A DNA stretch of 63,376 bases, the filler included, from Reticulomyxa filosa (lineage: Eukaryota; Protista; Foraminifera): assembly GCA_000512085.1 (NCBI GenBank). It is 18 parts of 18 records of this genome, joined end to end, with 100 filler letters (N's around TTAATTAATTAA, not from the genome) between each part and the next. Parts side by side here need not be neighbours in the genome. Positions count along the whole stretch, not along the records: positions 34,487 to 51,354 come from ASPP01006937.1; positions 51,455 to 53,123 come from ASPP01005785.1; positions 53,224 to 54,941 come from ASPP01022414.1; positions 55,042 to 56,979 come from ASPP01035209.1; positions 57,080 to 59,620 come from ASPP01004707.1; positions 59,721 to 60,739 come from ASPP01036519.1; positions 60,840 to 63,376 come from ASPP01019093.1; 11 more parts are not named here. One strand, 5' to 3'. A program made the translations under genes and the position numbers. Shown piece after piece: positions 49,504-62,700 of the stretch; positions within the stretch are counted from its first letter, which is position 1, and each line of letters begins with the position of its first letter. The notes under the pieces are model-generated. The model was not told the origin of the DNA, did no database searches, and saw nothing but the letters and a program-made list of their open reading frames with translations.

Positions 49504-51040
49504 TAAACAAAAGATATCACAACAATTTGCTGGAAAATGGGGCAGCAAATGGCTGGAAGAAAATATTGAGAATCGATCTGGCCGAGTGTCCAAACAGGTT
49601 TGCTTTTTTTTTTTTTTGTAACTTTGCATCCACACAGCATACGTGGAATGCACGAACGCAGGCCGAGTGCAAAGAGGGATGAGTCCCTCCAAACAAATAC
49701 TATGCCATTAAGACAATTGCACAACACAACATAACATAACATAACACAAAGGTGATAGAAAAACTCAGTCCAGAGCCTCCTACTCGCGAAACGGTGATCA
49801 AAAAACTCAAAAATATCGCGGATGAGTTTGATGTGGATTGGAAGCCCAACACGATTGAGCAAGATGAATCCATGCCCGCTATCATTGGTCACCGAAATGA
49901 AGTTGCTTTTTTTTTTTTTTTTAAACAGACAAATAAATAAATCAAATATATATATACATATATATGTATATATATATATTTATATTTATATATATTTGAT
50001 TTATTTGTTTATTTATTTATTCATTTGTTTATGCACTTATGAAATAGTACACAATCGAATTCGACAGTAAACCATTCGGAATGGAATGGACCGAAACAGA
50101 AGACGGAAAAAATCTTTGGGTGAGCAGCGTTCTTCCAAAGTCGGAGTCTGCGCGAAAAGGTGTTGTGCCGGGGTCTTTGTTGATTGCATTGAATGGAATT
50201 GATATTAAAGATTTGGGCGCCCCTTCCATTCACGACAAAGCTTCATCTTGCGGCTTGCCTTTGCGAATTACCTTTCAAAAACCGGACGGTATCAATGCCC
50301 CTTCGCAACCCAAAGTTTACTTGTGTGAAAAGTATTCCTCTCCCCTCCTCCTTCCTTCTCATGTACACGTTTTTGTTGAACATAATACACAGGATATGAA
50401 GGTAGATCCAAATGTTGTCAACAAATGCATCAAACTACTCAAAGATCCAACTTCTTGGGAACTTAGCGATAAACAAAGAGAAGAAATGTGCAAGAAGCAG
50501 GGTGCAAATCCAGCTGAAGTCGCTTCTGCCATTTTCCTGGCTAAACATATGGTTTGCGTTGGTTTCTTTAACCTTTTTTTTTTTTTTTTTTGAATTTCAA
50601 TATGACTTATATGTTTTGTGTATGTACAAGATCGAGAATGCCAATGCAAAACCACAATATGAAACAATGACCTCCAGTTATGATAACGTTGTGACGACAC
50701 AATACCCTGGTCCTTCCAACAGTGACTTTCCGCCTCCACCTGCCTACACTGAACCAATGGACGGAAATATGACATATGCTCCTGGCGCTGCCGATTATGG
50801 AACTATGAATCCTAATGAAAGTCCTCCTGCTACTACTGAATTGGACTTACCTGATCCTAAACCAAGTTTGTTTTTTTTTCTCTCGTTTATGTGTTCATTC
50901 GGTTGGTTTGTTTTTTTTTGGCTTATCCATTTGATTCATTGTCTGTTTGTTGTGCTTTCTTTAATTAATCAGAAGGAAATTCCGGCGGTGATTTGGACGA
51001 CCTTGAAGCTAGGTTTGCCAATCTCAAAAAGGGCTTATAA
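48695..51040 (+). CDS. IST1: IST1 (ESCRT-III-like regulator of VPS4) with extra PDZ and Pex14_N-like domains, 9 exons
   Basis: Exons 48695-48718, 48807-49048, 49355-49436, 49514-49597, 49752-49901, 50048-50314, 50393-50551, 50631-50865 and 50973-51040 join in frame. Motifs RREIATLL..GKEQSARIKVEGLIRE, LEIMCDL, IPEL, KLSPEPP; C-terminal DDLEARFANLKK (MIM1). Confidence 0.92.
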
Positions 51041-51496
51041 AAACTAAGGTTCGATTAGTTCATTTTTACTAGTGTCTTTTTTGTTTGTTTTGACTTTTTT
51101 TTAAGTATGTCAATTAAATAAAAAAAAATTTTTTTGCACTGTCGCCTCACCACGAGGAAATTTCATTTTTCTTTTTTAAGTGTTTTGGTATTCAACCGTT
51201 GTCTACCTCCTTAAGTTTGTTTCACAGAATATCTTATATACAATTCGTAAGTTCTCCTCTTCCATTGAATTTCTTTTAAATTTTTGCCAAAGATCCGAAA
51301 TTCAAATTTTTTTGGATAGGATAGAGACAGCTGTTTTCATAAAATAAAGCAAAANNNNNNNNNNNNNNNNNNNNNNNNNNNNNNNNNNNNNNNNNNNNTT
51401 AATTAATTAANNNNNNNNNNNNNNNNNNNNNNNNNNNNNNNNNNNNNNNNNNNNTTTTTTTTTTATTATCGTATGTAATTTGTAAACAAAACAGTC

Positions 51497-52748
51497 TAAA
51501 GAAGAGATTCAAGTAATTGTACAACATTAAATTAAAATATTGCGCATTAAATTGGGATGGATTTGTGAGTTGACAAACTTATTGTCAATTATGTTATGCT
51601 CCATTTTTTTTTGTTTTCATTCAAATGGTAATGTCATCTTCAAATATTTATTATTGTTGTTGTCATCCATAATCATAACTTGACACAGATAACTACTGCC
51701 TTCATACTTGACATATTTTCTTCGCCATCCAAATTAATCAATAGATTCACTGAACACACAAAATCCGTAAATAATATTGATTATTCAACATTTGATGATT
51801 GTCAATTCATTTGTTCTGGATCAATTGAGAATACAGTTCGTATATATGATATTAATAACAGTAAACAAATTCAATCATTCAATGGACATTCGTATCCCGT
51901 GAATTGTGTGAAATTCTCGTCATATCATTATCATCATCGTCGTCAAAATGTCATTTGTTCTTCATCGAGTGACAAAACCATTCGTTTTTGGAATTTCAAA
52001 CATAATAGACAATTACAAATATTCAATGGACACACTAGGGATTGATTTTCACCATTTAATGGTGGTAGATATTTGTGTTCTGGATCTAATGACAAACAAT
52101 TCGTTTATGGGATGTTGAAACATCAAAATCATTACATATTTTCAATGGACATACACACTATGTTTGGTGTGTTGATATTTCACCATTACAAAGCAACAAC
52201 AAAAATGATAAAATGAATAATATTGGCGTGATTGGTGGAAATGGATATACAATTTGTTCTGGATCATTTGATCAAACTATTCGAATATGGGATATTGAAA
52301 CAACCAAACAATTCAATATATTCAATGGATATACGCATTATGTGTGAAGTGTAAAATATGGATTAAATGAATTAGTGAATATAATATTATCTGGATCAGG
52401 AGATGAAAGTGTTCGTTTGCGGGATATTCGATCTGGTCAACAAATTCAAGTGTTTAATGGACATACAAGTCAAGTATTTACTGTTGAATATTCACCATTT
52501 GTAATAAAGAATAGTATTGGTAATTCAAATGTGATATATTCTGGATCAGATGATAATACAATTCGTTTTTGGGATATTCGATCAAATAAGAATGAATTGC
52601 ATATGATCAAAGGAGATGAGAAAGAAGATGATAGAATAACTTGTCTTAAATTTATTGCATTGAAAAAAAAGAGAAGACAAAAAACGTCACATGTGATTTG
52701 AATTTGTATTATGGTTCAATAAAAGATCGCATTCATATTTGGGGATAA
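51497..52748 (+). pseudogene. WD40-repeat protein pseudogene (expanded family)
   Basis: Multiple FNGH...ICSGS.D.TIR.WD units; in-frame stops (~52043, ~52346) and a frameshift (~52093). Confidence 0.9.
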
Positions 52749-53399
52749 TCTACTTTTTGTTAAAAGTATTTTTGTTTAAAAAGTTTGATTAAAAGAAAAT
52801 AAGGTGATATTAAATTTTTTTGATTTGGTTGAATGCAAGTATTGAAAGATTTGTTCTATCTTACTTTGTTGTTTAGCTTACTATTGATACTTTCCGATCA
52901 AATAATCCTTTTGTCGCTGATTTCTTAATTATTCAGGAAATATGTAAAAAAAAAATAACAAACAATTAAATGTCACATATTTATGGGCTTCTCAGTCTTT
53001 TTAAATCAAACATAACTTTAAAAAATAAAATGTTTAAAATTATTTCTAAAATAAAATCAATACAAATTAAAATCAGCGTGCATAATTTTCATTTGCTTAT
53101 GCAATTAATCACCCATAATACATNNNNNNNNNNNNNNNNNNNNNNNNNNNNNNNNNNNNNNNNNNNNTTAATTAATTAANNNNNNNNNNNNNNNNNNNNN
53201 NNNNNNNNNNNNNNNNNNNNNNNGATACCATAATGTCGATATCGTTTTTTTTTTTTTTTTGCGCGATATTTTCATGTCTTTCTTTTTGGATGCCAGTGCT
53301 ACCCCGACTAAGAAAAAAGATTGTCCTTGATTGAACTAGGACAATTTTTTTCATTTATTTTAATGCTATCATATGGACATATATTTCTAAATACGAAGT

Positions 53400-54000
53400 T
53401 CTTTCGCTATCATTGCCATTGTGATGAGGGATACGTCGGATAATGGTCGTTCTTACAAGTTCTGCATCCATTACCATGAGTGTATATTCGATAATATTTG
53501 GCTTGGCGATCCAATGATTGAGCGATGATACAATTCGTATTTATTCTTCGTTATTGAACGTCTTCGTTCTTGACGTTCTTGATTGCCATGGTTCAACGAT
53601 TTTTGACTACCACGCGATTTAAAACTCACGCCGACTCGAATCCAATTTAAGAACATACAAATTGGCAATCTTTACTTAATTATTCTCCAAGTGCTGGGAT
53701 AATGCAACGAGCATAAAATATTGAGTCGCGTCCAACACGTCGTCATTCGTGACCCATAGTCGATCCAGGGGACTGTCGAATAAGCACCGATTATCTTTGC
53801 TTATGTCGATCGCAAGCTCACTATTCTTCACGTCAGCAACACACGTGCGATTTGAAATCCAAAGCTGCGACTGTGCGCACGCACACGACTATCTTTGGCA
53901 TGAATGGTTAGCATCATTTTATAATAACCTTGTTCGCTGGAGCCAATAGATTGCGCATGTCTGGAACGTAAAGTCGCCACTCGCAGGCGTGAAGCAAACT
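53400..54000 (-). pseudogene. Decayed gene fragment of an unidentified multicopy family
   Basis: Coding-like frame LLHACEWRLYVPDMRNLL...LWISNRTCVADV...LWVTNDDVLDATQYFML interrupted by stops; a paralogous fragment lies on + at 54841-54877. Confidence 0.4.
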
Positions 54001-55099
54001 AGTTTGTTTTTTTTTTTAAAGATCCGACAAGATATGATTTCAATATTTTCTTTCTTATCTTCATCGTCATCCTCATCATCGTCTTTTTCTTCTTGCCTGC
54101 CGATGTATTGACTTAGTTTCGCGCAATTCCGCCACTAAATTGAACCACTATCACATGGAACGATTCTCCTAATGTGGTGATTTTTTCGAGCGCCATAAGT
54201 AGGCTTTTTTTTGACAACTTCATCACCTTCCACTTTTTCTCTCCATTGCGACACCACGATGTCGTTATCATTTCTACGTTGCACGTATTATCACATTTTT
54301 TTTTTTTGGTAAGTTTGCTTTGTCGTTTGGCGGCCAAGATCGTGGTTGCCAGAATTGAACTGGGAACATCTTATCAACTAGAGCTGGTGGATTTCGTACT
54401 TGAAGACATTATCGCACAATGAGAGACATGGTTCGCGATGATATTTCCAGTATATCTAAAATTCCAATTGGCAATCTGACTCTTGAAGGACTATCATTCT
54501 TATTATTTTTCTTTCATGCTTGGGTGATTCGCTGCTTCTATCGACATATGTACGATCCAAACTTCAAAATTGTTAAATGTGAGCACACATACGACCAGTT
54601 TCTGTTTGTTTTTTTTTTTTTGCTATCATAAAATTATAGCAATTTCCATGACAATTGAATGTACATTGTTTTTTGGCGCCGGCAGATCGAAGTTGGGCGC
54701 TATCTTTGGCGGTTTGCAAATCTATAATTATTTCCATATACTTATGCTGACGTTGATATCGATCAAATTTTTTCTAATGCTATGTAAATATTTCCAAACT
54801 CCTTATGCGCCTTTCAATGAAACACACTATGAAAAATTATTTCACGCCTGCGAATGGTGACTTCGAACGTTTCCAGATATACAAAACAATTTCAATCTCC
54901 AACTCAAAAGCTTCCTGTCGTGTTTTTTTTTTAAAGACAAANNNNNNNNNNNNNNNNNNNNNNNNNNNNNNNNNNNNNNNNNNNNTTAATTAATTAANNN
55001 NNNNNNNNNNNNNNNNNNNNNNNNNNNNNNNNNNNNNNNNNCATATATAACATAATCACAAGTACATGTGAAAAGCAATGACGGAAATTTGGACAACTT

Positions 55100-56790
55100 A
55101 TGTATATCAATGGCTTCAGTGAAAGTAGTTTGTTAAGCTGAATGTTGTTGTGGATTGCTACTTGTGTTTCGCTTTAATAAATATCATTCATAGCAACTCA
55201 TAGTATCGGTGACACATATCAACACCTTTTAGGGATTGATTGCGTCGATCATTTTCACTTGATAAGTTCATACAAAATTCATTGCCACTTGACTTATTTC
55301 TTGAAATAATCCATATGTCTTTAATACCATTGATCGGCATTTTTGCTTCTTTTTCTTTCTCTTTCTTTCATTCCAAATCTAAAATAAATCATTCTACAAT
55401 GAAAAGGTTCATGTCACATTGTTTTGATTAAGACATATTACAAAAACTGAAAACATGATACAAATAATATATACCTTCAAATCGAACTCCTTGCCATTTT
55501 ATACCCTTTTTGAATTATAATTGCAATATACCAAGAGAACACTGTTGGATAACGACACAATTGCGCTTCATTTCATCGATAGATTTGATTCATATTGTCA
55601 TGTTATCACTGGTGATGACTCGTGATATGAATTACTTTTTAAGATCGGTGATGTAATTGTAATTTATTTCACAAATATCAGTTGATGAATTTGTGGGCCA
55701 ATCCCAAATTTGCTCCCAATTTATTTGTTTCTGGTCGACTTATTAGCATGGCTTCCAATTTTTCCAATATTATCTTCAAGTGAATATATCATTCTCTGAA
55801 AAAAGATTTCACAATTGCATTTAGTAACGTCTATTCATGTTTGATGTTTAGTTGTTCATGGCAATACGATTTGAAGAGGAGGCAATTCAAGCAGTACTAT
55901 TATTGGAAGAGCTCATATAGCTAATAAACAGTTCCAATACCATCCACCATCAAAGATAAGACATTGAATGCCTTCTATTCAGCCAAAACATTGACAGCAA
56001 TGGAATACGTATTACATGCTGATTCTGCTCCGAACATGTTTTTAATAATATCTAACGCCTTCACCGGGACACGTTGTTTGTTGTTTCAAATCTATGCATA
56101 CAGTAATAACATATCAATTGGAGTTTATTGAAGAAAGAGAAAGGTAACTGCTTGTTCCAAATTCACTTCAATTGATTGGTTTTTCCATTACACCGGCATC
56201 TCCTTTTGATAATGACATTTGAACACTTAGGATTGACCTTGCATTGTTTCAGTAACATTCTGGAGGTAATATTCAATTAGTTAGCGTGCAAATGTAAGTA
56301 GTATGGGACATAGTCTAGAAGCGAGTGTTCGACAAACGAATATCCATTTGAAATTTTGATCGATGGCACTGGATGGTGCAATTGTTGTCATTGTTTGTCG
56401 TTGGCTTTTTTTGAGTCGATATCACTTTCAGTTCCAGAGGCTATCGAAAGCATATTGTTGATGGAATTGCGTGTATATCAGTAGAAGTCTCATGCAAACG
56501 ACAAATAAATGTGCATTCATCTGCACTTATATATTACAGGCATTGTTGTTAAGGTAAAGTGCGTGGTATGGATGAAATGTGTATAATAAAAATAAGGATA
56601 TTGTTTGTTGTATTATTCCATTAAATCCAATGCATTGCTAACTTCTTTCCAATAATCCACTTGGCTATATTCACCACATCAAACATACCAAAAAGATAGA
56701 ATTGAAACATTAGATAGCCATGTTCAAGTCTTTCGTCAAAGAAGGATTTGATACATTCCATTGGTCCAATGCCATTTCTATAATGTTATA
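55100..56790 (-). pseudogene. Probable decayed coding sequence, family not recognised
   Basis: Coding-like composition with short protein-like frames (e.g. EGIQCLIFDGGWYWNC, ELPPLQIVLP) broken by stops. Confidence 0.25.
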
Positions 56791-57503
56791 CGTATGTCAA
56801 ATTTGCTTTTTTTTAACAAACAGACAAAAAGGATAATACTTAACTCACACTGTTATCCTCGCACAGGATACCAATTTTTTTCTAACTTAAAAAAAAATTA
56901 AAATTAAAATTTCAAATGTAGTTTTTTTCTTTCTTTTTTTTTTTCTTTCATTTACTGCTTTCTCTTTTGTTTTTTTTTCNNNNNNNNNNNNNNNNNNNNN
57001 NNNNNNNNNNNNNNNNNNNNNNNTTAATTAATTAANNNNNNNNNNNNNNNNNNNNNNNNNNNNNNNNNNNNNNNNNNNNACGTTCAGATATTTATAGGGC
57101 CTTGCCCTACGGAAATAGAAGAATGTCTTTTGAAAAAATGATCTTCACATTCCAATAGAACTTCATTTTAAGTTGATAGCGTACTACCCCATAACCCGAA
57201 TCGTGATTACTGCCAATAGAAAATAATTCGTTGCTATGATGCATAACTTAAATTGTTTAAATGCACATAGAAGATTTTCCGACTAAGCATATTTTTTTCC
57301 ATTGTCCTCTGAGCCCAAAGAAAGCAAAAAAAAAAAAAAATTACAATGTTGCAGAAAACATCACTCAAACTTTCTCAACTTGTTGAACAAAAGGAAAAAG
57401 AAAAAACAATTGAAACGTAACACAAAAGTAATTCTTGGTGAAGAAAAAAAAGATCAACAACAAATGTCTATTATTTTTTTTTTTAATGAAAGATCCAGTA
57501 TTT

Positions 57504-58757
57504 CTAACCAAGCCCAATGAATTTTGGGAAGCCTTTTCTCTTTCTTTGAGAGGAATTTCTTGAACCAGTATTTGTGAGGTTCATGTTTTGTTTCATTCCC
57601 ACATTTTCTGGGCTTCCCAGTTCTCTGTGTCGTTCTCTCAATTTTTCAATTCCCAAAGATTTGAAATACTCTTCCGCATTTTTATGGATTTTGATGCGCT
57701 GAGCATATAACATGGACTCATAAACAGTGTCCCTCAAAAAGCCATACGCAAACTTATACGTATGGTCTTCGATGGCTATGGATTCACGTTCGGCGACGCC
57801 TGCAAGATTGGAGTTGGGAGTGACATCAGTATTGGGGACATTGGGTGTGGTAGTTTGAATTGCGTCTAAGGATAGCTGAGGTATCCTTCCATTCGCAACC
57901 GCGGAAGAATTTCTCTGGTTTTGTTTTTGGCGATCATCTAGAGCCACTTCCTCTCGTGCTTTAGCTCCATTCTCCATGCCATTTGCCGATTTCTCTTCGA
58001 TTGTGACATGGTCGACTCTCAATTTGTTTCCAGCAAAAGGTGTTGTGGTGGCTGTGCCATTCGTTCCATTGTTGACTGGTGGTTGAGCAGGAGACGTTTT
58101 GATATTATTATTAGTAGTAGTAGTAATAGTAGTAGTAATAGTAGTAGTAGTAGCTGTTGCAGACATAGTACTATTGCCCACTTCCTGGCCGTTCAAATTG
58201 GCTCCATTTCCAGTACTGGCATCGATGGTGCCATCTTCGCTGCGGAAATTGGTGCAATAACGTAATGTGGCCTCACGGAATAAGCGGAACCATGCGTCGA
58301 TATCATCGGTGTCAGTCTTTGACATCCCTTGCAACACGTATTTCTTCCCGTTTTTGCGAGTGTGTCGAATGGCAATGGTCGAGGGATTAACGCGCTTCAA
58401 TTGCAAAATGTTGTCTCCAAACAGGATACGTCCTCTCGGTTTTTTATCTGTTTCCAAATCTCCAAACCAGTACAAAGCTCGTTCCTTAAATACAAAGAAT
58501 CTCACTTCGTTTCGTCGCAGTCTTGCCTTTTTTTTGATCAAATAGCCACGTTTGTACAGCGTGCCAGGCAAAGGCTCCTGGAACAGCTCCTCTTTGGTCG
58601 GCAATTGAGAGCGTGGGAGTTCATTATTCGCACTCTTTCCGACAACGCTGTCAAGTCCGTCGTTGTCACTCAGCAAACGGGGACTATTGTTTCCATGCGA
58701 TTGAATTTCAGTATCGTCATCAGATGAGTTTATTGCAGAGTCGTTTTCTCCACCAGC

Positions 58758-58818
<61 letters not shown>

Positions 58819-59397
58819 TAATGTATATATGTGTATATAGCATGATATAAGCTCCCTTGCTATCAACACGTAACTAGACAATAATATGTACTCCACTTCC
58901 TTGCCACTAATGATGTGCTTCGCCACTCCGTCAGTAATTGCAGCTACTTTTAAACAGATTTGTGTCACTTTCTCCTCGTCGCATTGATTGGCTTCGGTGG
59001 AGTTGGAAATATCATCGGCAGTGTCTTGAAGTTCGTTTACATTGGCATTATCTAACACTCCATATTTTTCGGTGTTTTCAGCTTCGTCCTTTTCTTGCTG
59101 CTCCTTTATTTCGTGGTCATTGAATAATTCCTGAATTTCTTTCAGCTGTTTCATGATAAGCTCCAAAGTACTTACATCGTTCTTCACATCTTCGTCTTCC
59201 TCTTCCTTCTCACTTTCGCTTACACTCACTGATTTTTTTGGCTCGGTTTTCTTTTTCATGCCTGCCCACGACAACAACATATCCTGCTCTTCGATAGGCA
59301 GTGTCTTTGAAAACCACGCCATTTTTATCAATTCTTCGGTATTGGCACGAAAGTGGACTTCTTTCACAAAACAACGGTTTAAAAATCCTTCAAACAA
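57504..59397 (-). CDS. C-terminal part of an ADCY10/sAC-like STAND protein with an embedded PH domain (5' truncated)
   Basis: PH: KRGYLIKK...RFFVFKERALYWF...KPRGRI...YVLQ...IDAWFRLFREA. Flanks: QICLKVAAI and YKFAYGFLRDTVYESMLYAQRIKIHKNAEEYF. The PH call is firm; the cyclase assignment is inferred. Confidence 0.7.
58760..58840. repeat. (TA)n intronic microsatellite
   Basis: Long TA dinucleotide run. Confidence 0.95.
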
Positions 59398-59759
59398 CTA
59401 TTTTTATTATTATTGTTATTATTTTTTTTTTTTTTAAAAAAAAAAATCAATACATTTTATGTTTTAATGTTTAATTAATTAATTTATATATCATACGTAT
59501 ACGTATCAATTTTGCAATACAAACATACAGATTATACAAATATGCAAATACAAAAGTATACAATTGCTTCCCACTCATTTGTTTGTATCAAATAACACAC
59601 CACACACATATACATATATANNNNNNNNNNNNNNNNNNNNNNNNNNNNNNNNNNNNNNNNNNNNTTAATTAATTAANNNNNNNNNNNNNNNNNNNNNNNN
59701 NNNNNNNNNNNNNNNNNNNNATTATGTGAAATTAGTCCATGAATAATAGTGCCTAAAGC

Positions 59760-62700
59760 CACTATTCGCGAGATATTGGAAGAATAGTTCCATGTGGTAG
59801 TGTCATTATGTGCACTTATTTATTCCCTACAACGTCCGAGCCATCTTATTATTTTTCTTTCATTTCTTCTATCAATCCAGTTGCTGCTACTGTTGCGATA
59901 CCGCAATATCGATATCGTTTCCATTTTGAGCGATATCATCACATCTTTTTTTAAAATAAGTTTGTCTCCGTAGTCGGACACCACCAAGACCCAACCATCA
60001 GTGATTGAACTGGTACAATTTTTTTCCAATTGTTTCAATGCCATCACAAAATTAATATTTTCTAAAATACCAAATTCATCAGATCTTGTCGCCATTGTAA
60101 TGAGACACACGTTTTGGCCTTGGATAATGATCGTTGCTGGAAATTCTCGCATCAATCACAAATGCATTCATTCAATAATTTTTGGACTGACGATTAGATT
60201 AGAGAGGGTATCATTTGTGCTTCCTTTTTTTGGACGTATTGCTCTTATTCTTCATCTCTTGCTTTCTTGATTGCCGTCCAAACGCAAGGCACACAACTCT
60301 TGCAGAGATAGAGTCGGAAAATACAACCAACTCTGTTTCTATCTCTTTCTTCGCCGATCAACAATATTCAATGTTTCGCGAGCTCACAATTCAAAATCCG
60401 AGTGCTCAATCTCTGCGTTAACAAAATTAGCACCGTTTCCATAATGACCGAGTGTTCCTGGTTTATTGACGCCGTTAGATTGCATTTCGACGACCTCTTT
60501 GGTGCTATGCCGCACCACAATTATTCGCAGAGAGTTTTATGCGCCTATGTTGATTGAAAACGTTCTTTCCAATGCTTTGGATTGGCCACTGACTCGCATT
60601 TTCCATTGGGCGCGCTATGGGAACTCACTGCAGCACAAATGGCAATGCAAACAGCAAAAATGTGTCCATCCACATCACAAAACTTCATTGATACACCTTG
60701 AAGTATCTATTAAAAAATTTGAAGCAACAAATATCACATNNNNNNNNNNNNNNNNNNNNNNNNNNNNNNNNNNNNNNNNNNNNTTAATTAATTAANNNNN
60801 NNNNNNNNNNNNNNNNNNNNNNNNNNNNNNNNNNNNNNNCAAGTCCTCAATCGGAACAGTGATGCAACGAACGTCCTTATTTGGAGAAGGCGATCTTTTA
60901 TATACATGTCAATGATGCATGACATTCAAAAAATGAGTCCATATGACATCTATAATTATAGTGTTGACAATGATGACAATAATGATAATAATAATACCAA
61001 TGATAATGATAACAAAACCAAAACAAAAGAAGAAGAAACATTGTATTTAGGAATGTAAAAAATCTGCAGTTGTGAATTGTAAATTGTACCGAACATGATG
61101 TTAAGTGATATTAATTGCATTACAGCAAAAAGGTATAATTCATATTTGAGTTTTCGAACGATACATGTTTGAATACCACCAAAATAATAACAATAATAAT
61201 AACGACACTTTGGAAAAAAGATATCAATTATTTTTATTTTCGATGTATCGAAATATTATAGAGACCTGATACGTAGGCTTTTGCATATTGTCGAACGTGA
61301 TCCGCGACATCTCTTCGTTCAAGTGGTCGTTTGCAATGGAAGACTGGATGGACTCGTTATTGTCGATGACGTTGGACGGGCTGGGGAACGTCGGTGTGCA
61401 CTTTCTGTCGAACTTGATGTCGTTGAACTGCAGCAAGTTGGCGATGATCGAGTTTGTGCAACTTGAGCACTAGATAATGAATCGTTTTAGTCAAACGGTG
61501 AATTCGCAGGGCGTGTGTTTTTCTTCGACTCCAAAATCAGTTTGTCTCAAAGACTACCAATGGTTCCTCGTTCTCGTCGATATTGTCTCCGGTGTGTATC
61601 AAGTCCAATTTCAATATCGACATGAACACACACCGCAAACAATCTGCAATCAAATGTTGGGTGGGTGTCAAACGATACCATCTTGGCGTTTCAAAGACAC
61701 CAGTTCTTGCAATTCTATGTGTTTGCAGCACAGTGTCAAAACGTCCATTTGGCTATATTCAATTATGGACGAATATTAGATTCACACACATGTAATGACC
61801 CCACTCAACTTGTTTATTCCCTTTTTTTTCTTCTTCTTCATTCTCTTCTTCGAAGCTCTTGACTTTTGTTTGAGATTACTGTGTTTGTTGTTGCATTTGC
61901 ATCTTCACCAATGCCAATCGCACAAGCAATCCCATCACACTTGCGCATGTTCCATTAGCTTGCACATATACTAGTTCCATCGAGTGTTGTTCCAGCTCTG
62001 GGAGTCGTCTCTTTCGTTGTTGGATTCAGACAAGCCTATTTGCGGCATGTTTCTCACTTTGTATGATTAAAAGAAACAAGACCACAAAGACAAAGATAAA
62101 GACAAACAATGTAATATGGCCATCGTTATTTAAGAAAGTAGTTAGTTTGCTCCAAGTCCATTTAATCAGCAGACACATATCATTCAACATCTCCATTCAA
62201 CTGACATCCACTGGCCATGGCACTGATGTTGCTACTGATACTACTTTCTCTCCTCATTCGCGGAGACTCTTTCTTTTGCGCTTCCAGCACATGCGCAGTC
62301 ACTGTAAATTATTTCAGTAGCAAAATCGCTGCCAATTGATGTTCCGAGTAATATCGTATACATATATATACACTTTGACCATTTTTTCGCAGCCATAATT
62401 GACCCTTTCTCAATCTTAATCATGCAAATAAAACAGTAATATGTCGACACATTTTTTTTTAACATCCACACTCACTTACGTTGTGCATCATATCTTTGGA
62501 CTAGACCAGTCTACAAATATGTTTTAATGATGATGATAAAAGTTATTTTTTTAGTTTGAACTTTATTTAAAAAAAGCAAAGAAAAATCCTACTTTTATTG
62601 ACACTTTTTGCTTCCTTCTTTCACTCTTTCAATATATGAATACATTACACTTTTTTTCTTTGTTTAAAAAAAGACAGTACCATACAGAAACACGTAAAAA

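Noticed and set aside
59721-60739. Retroelement or transposase remnant
   Set aside because: No reverse transcriptase, integrase or DDE motifs could be recognised.
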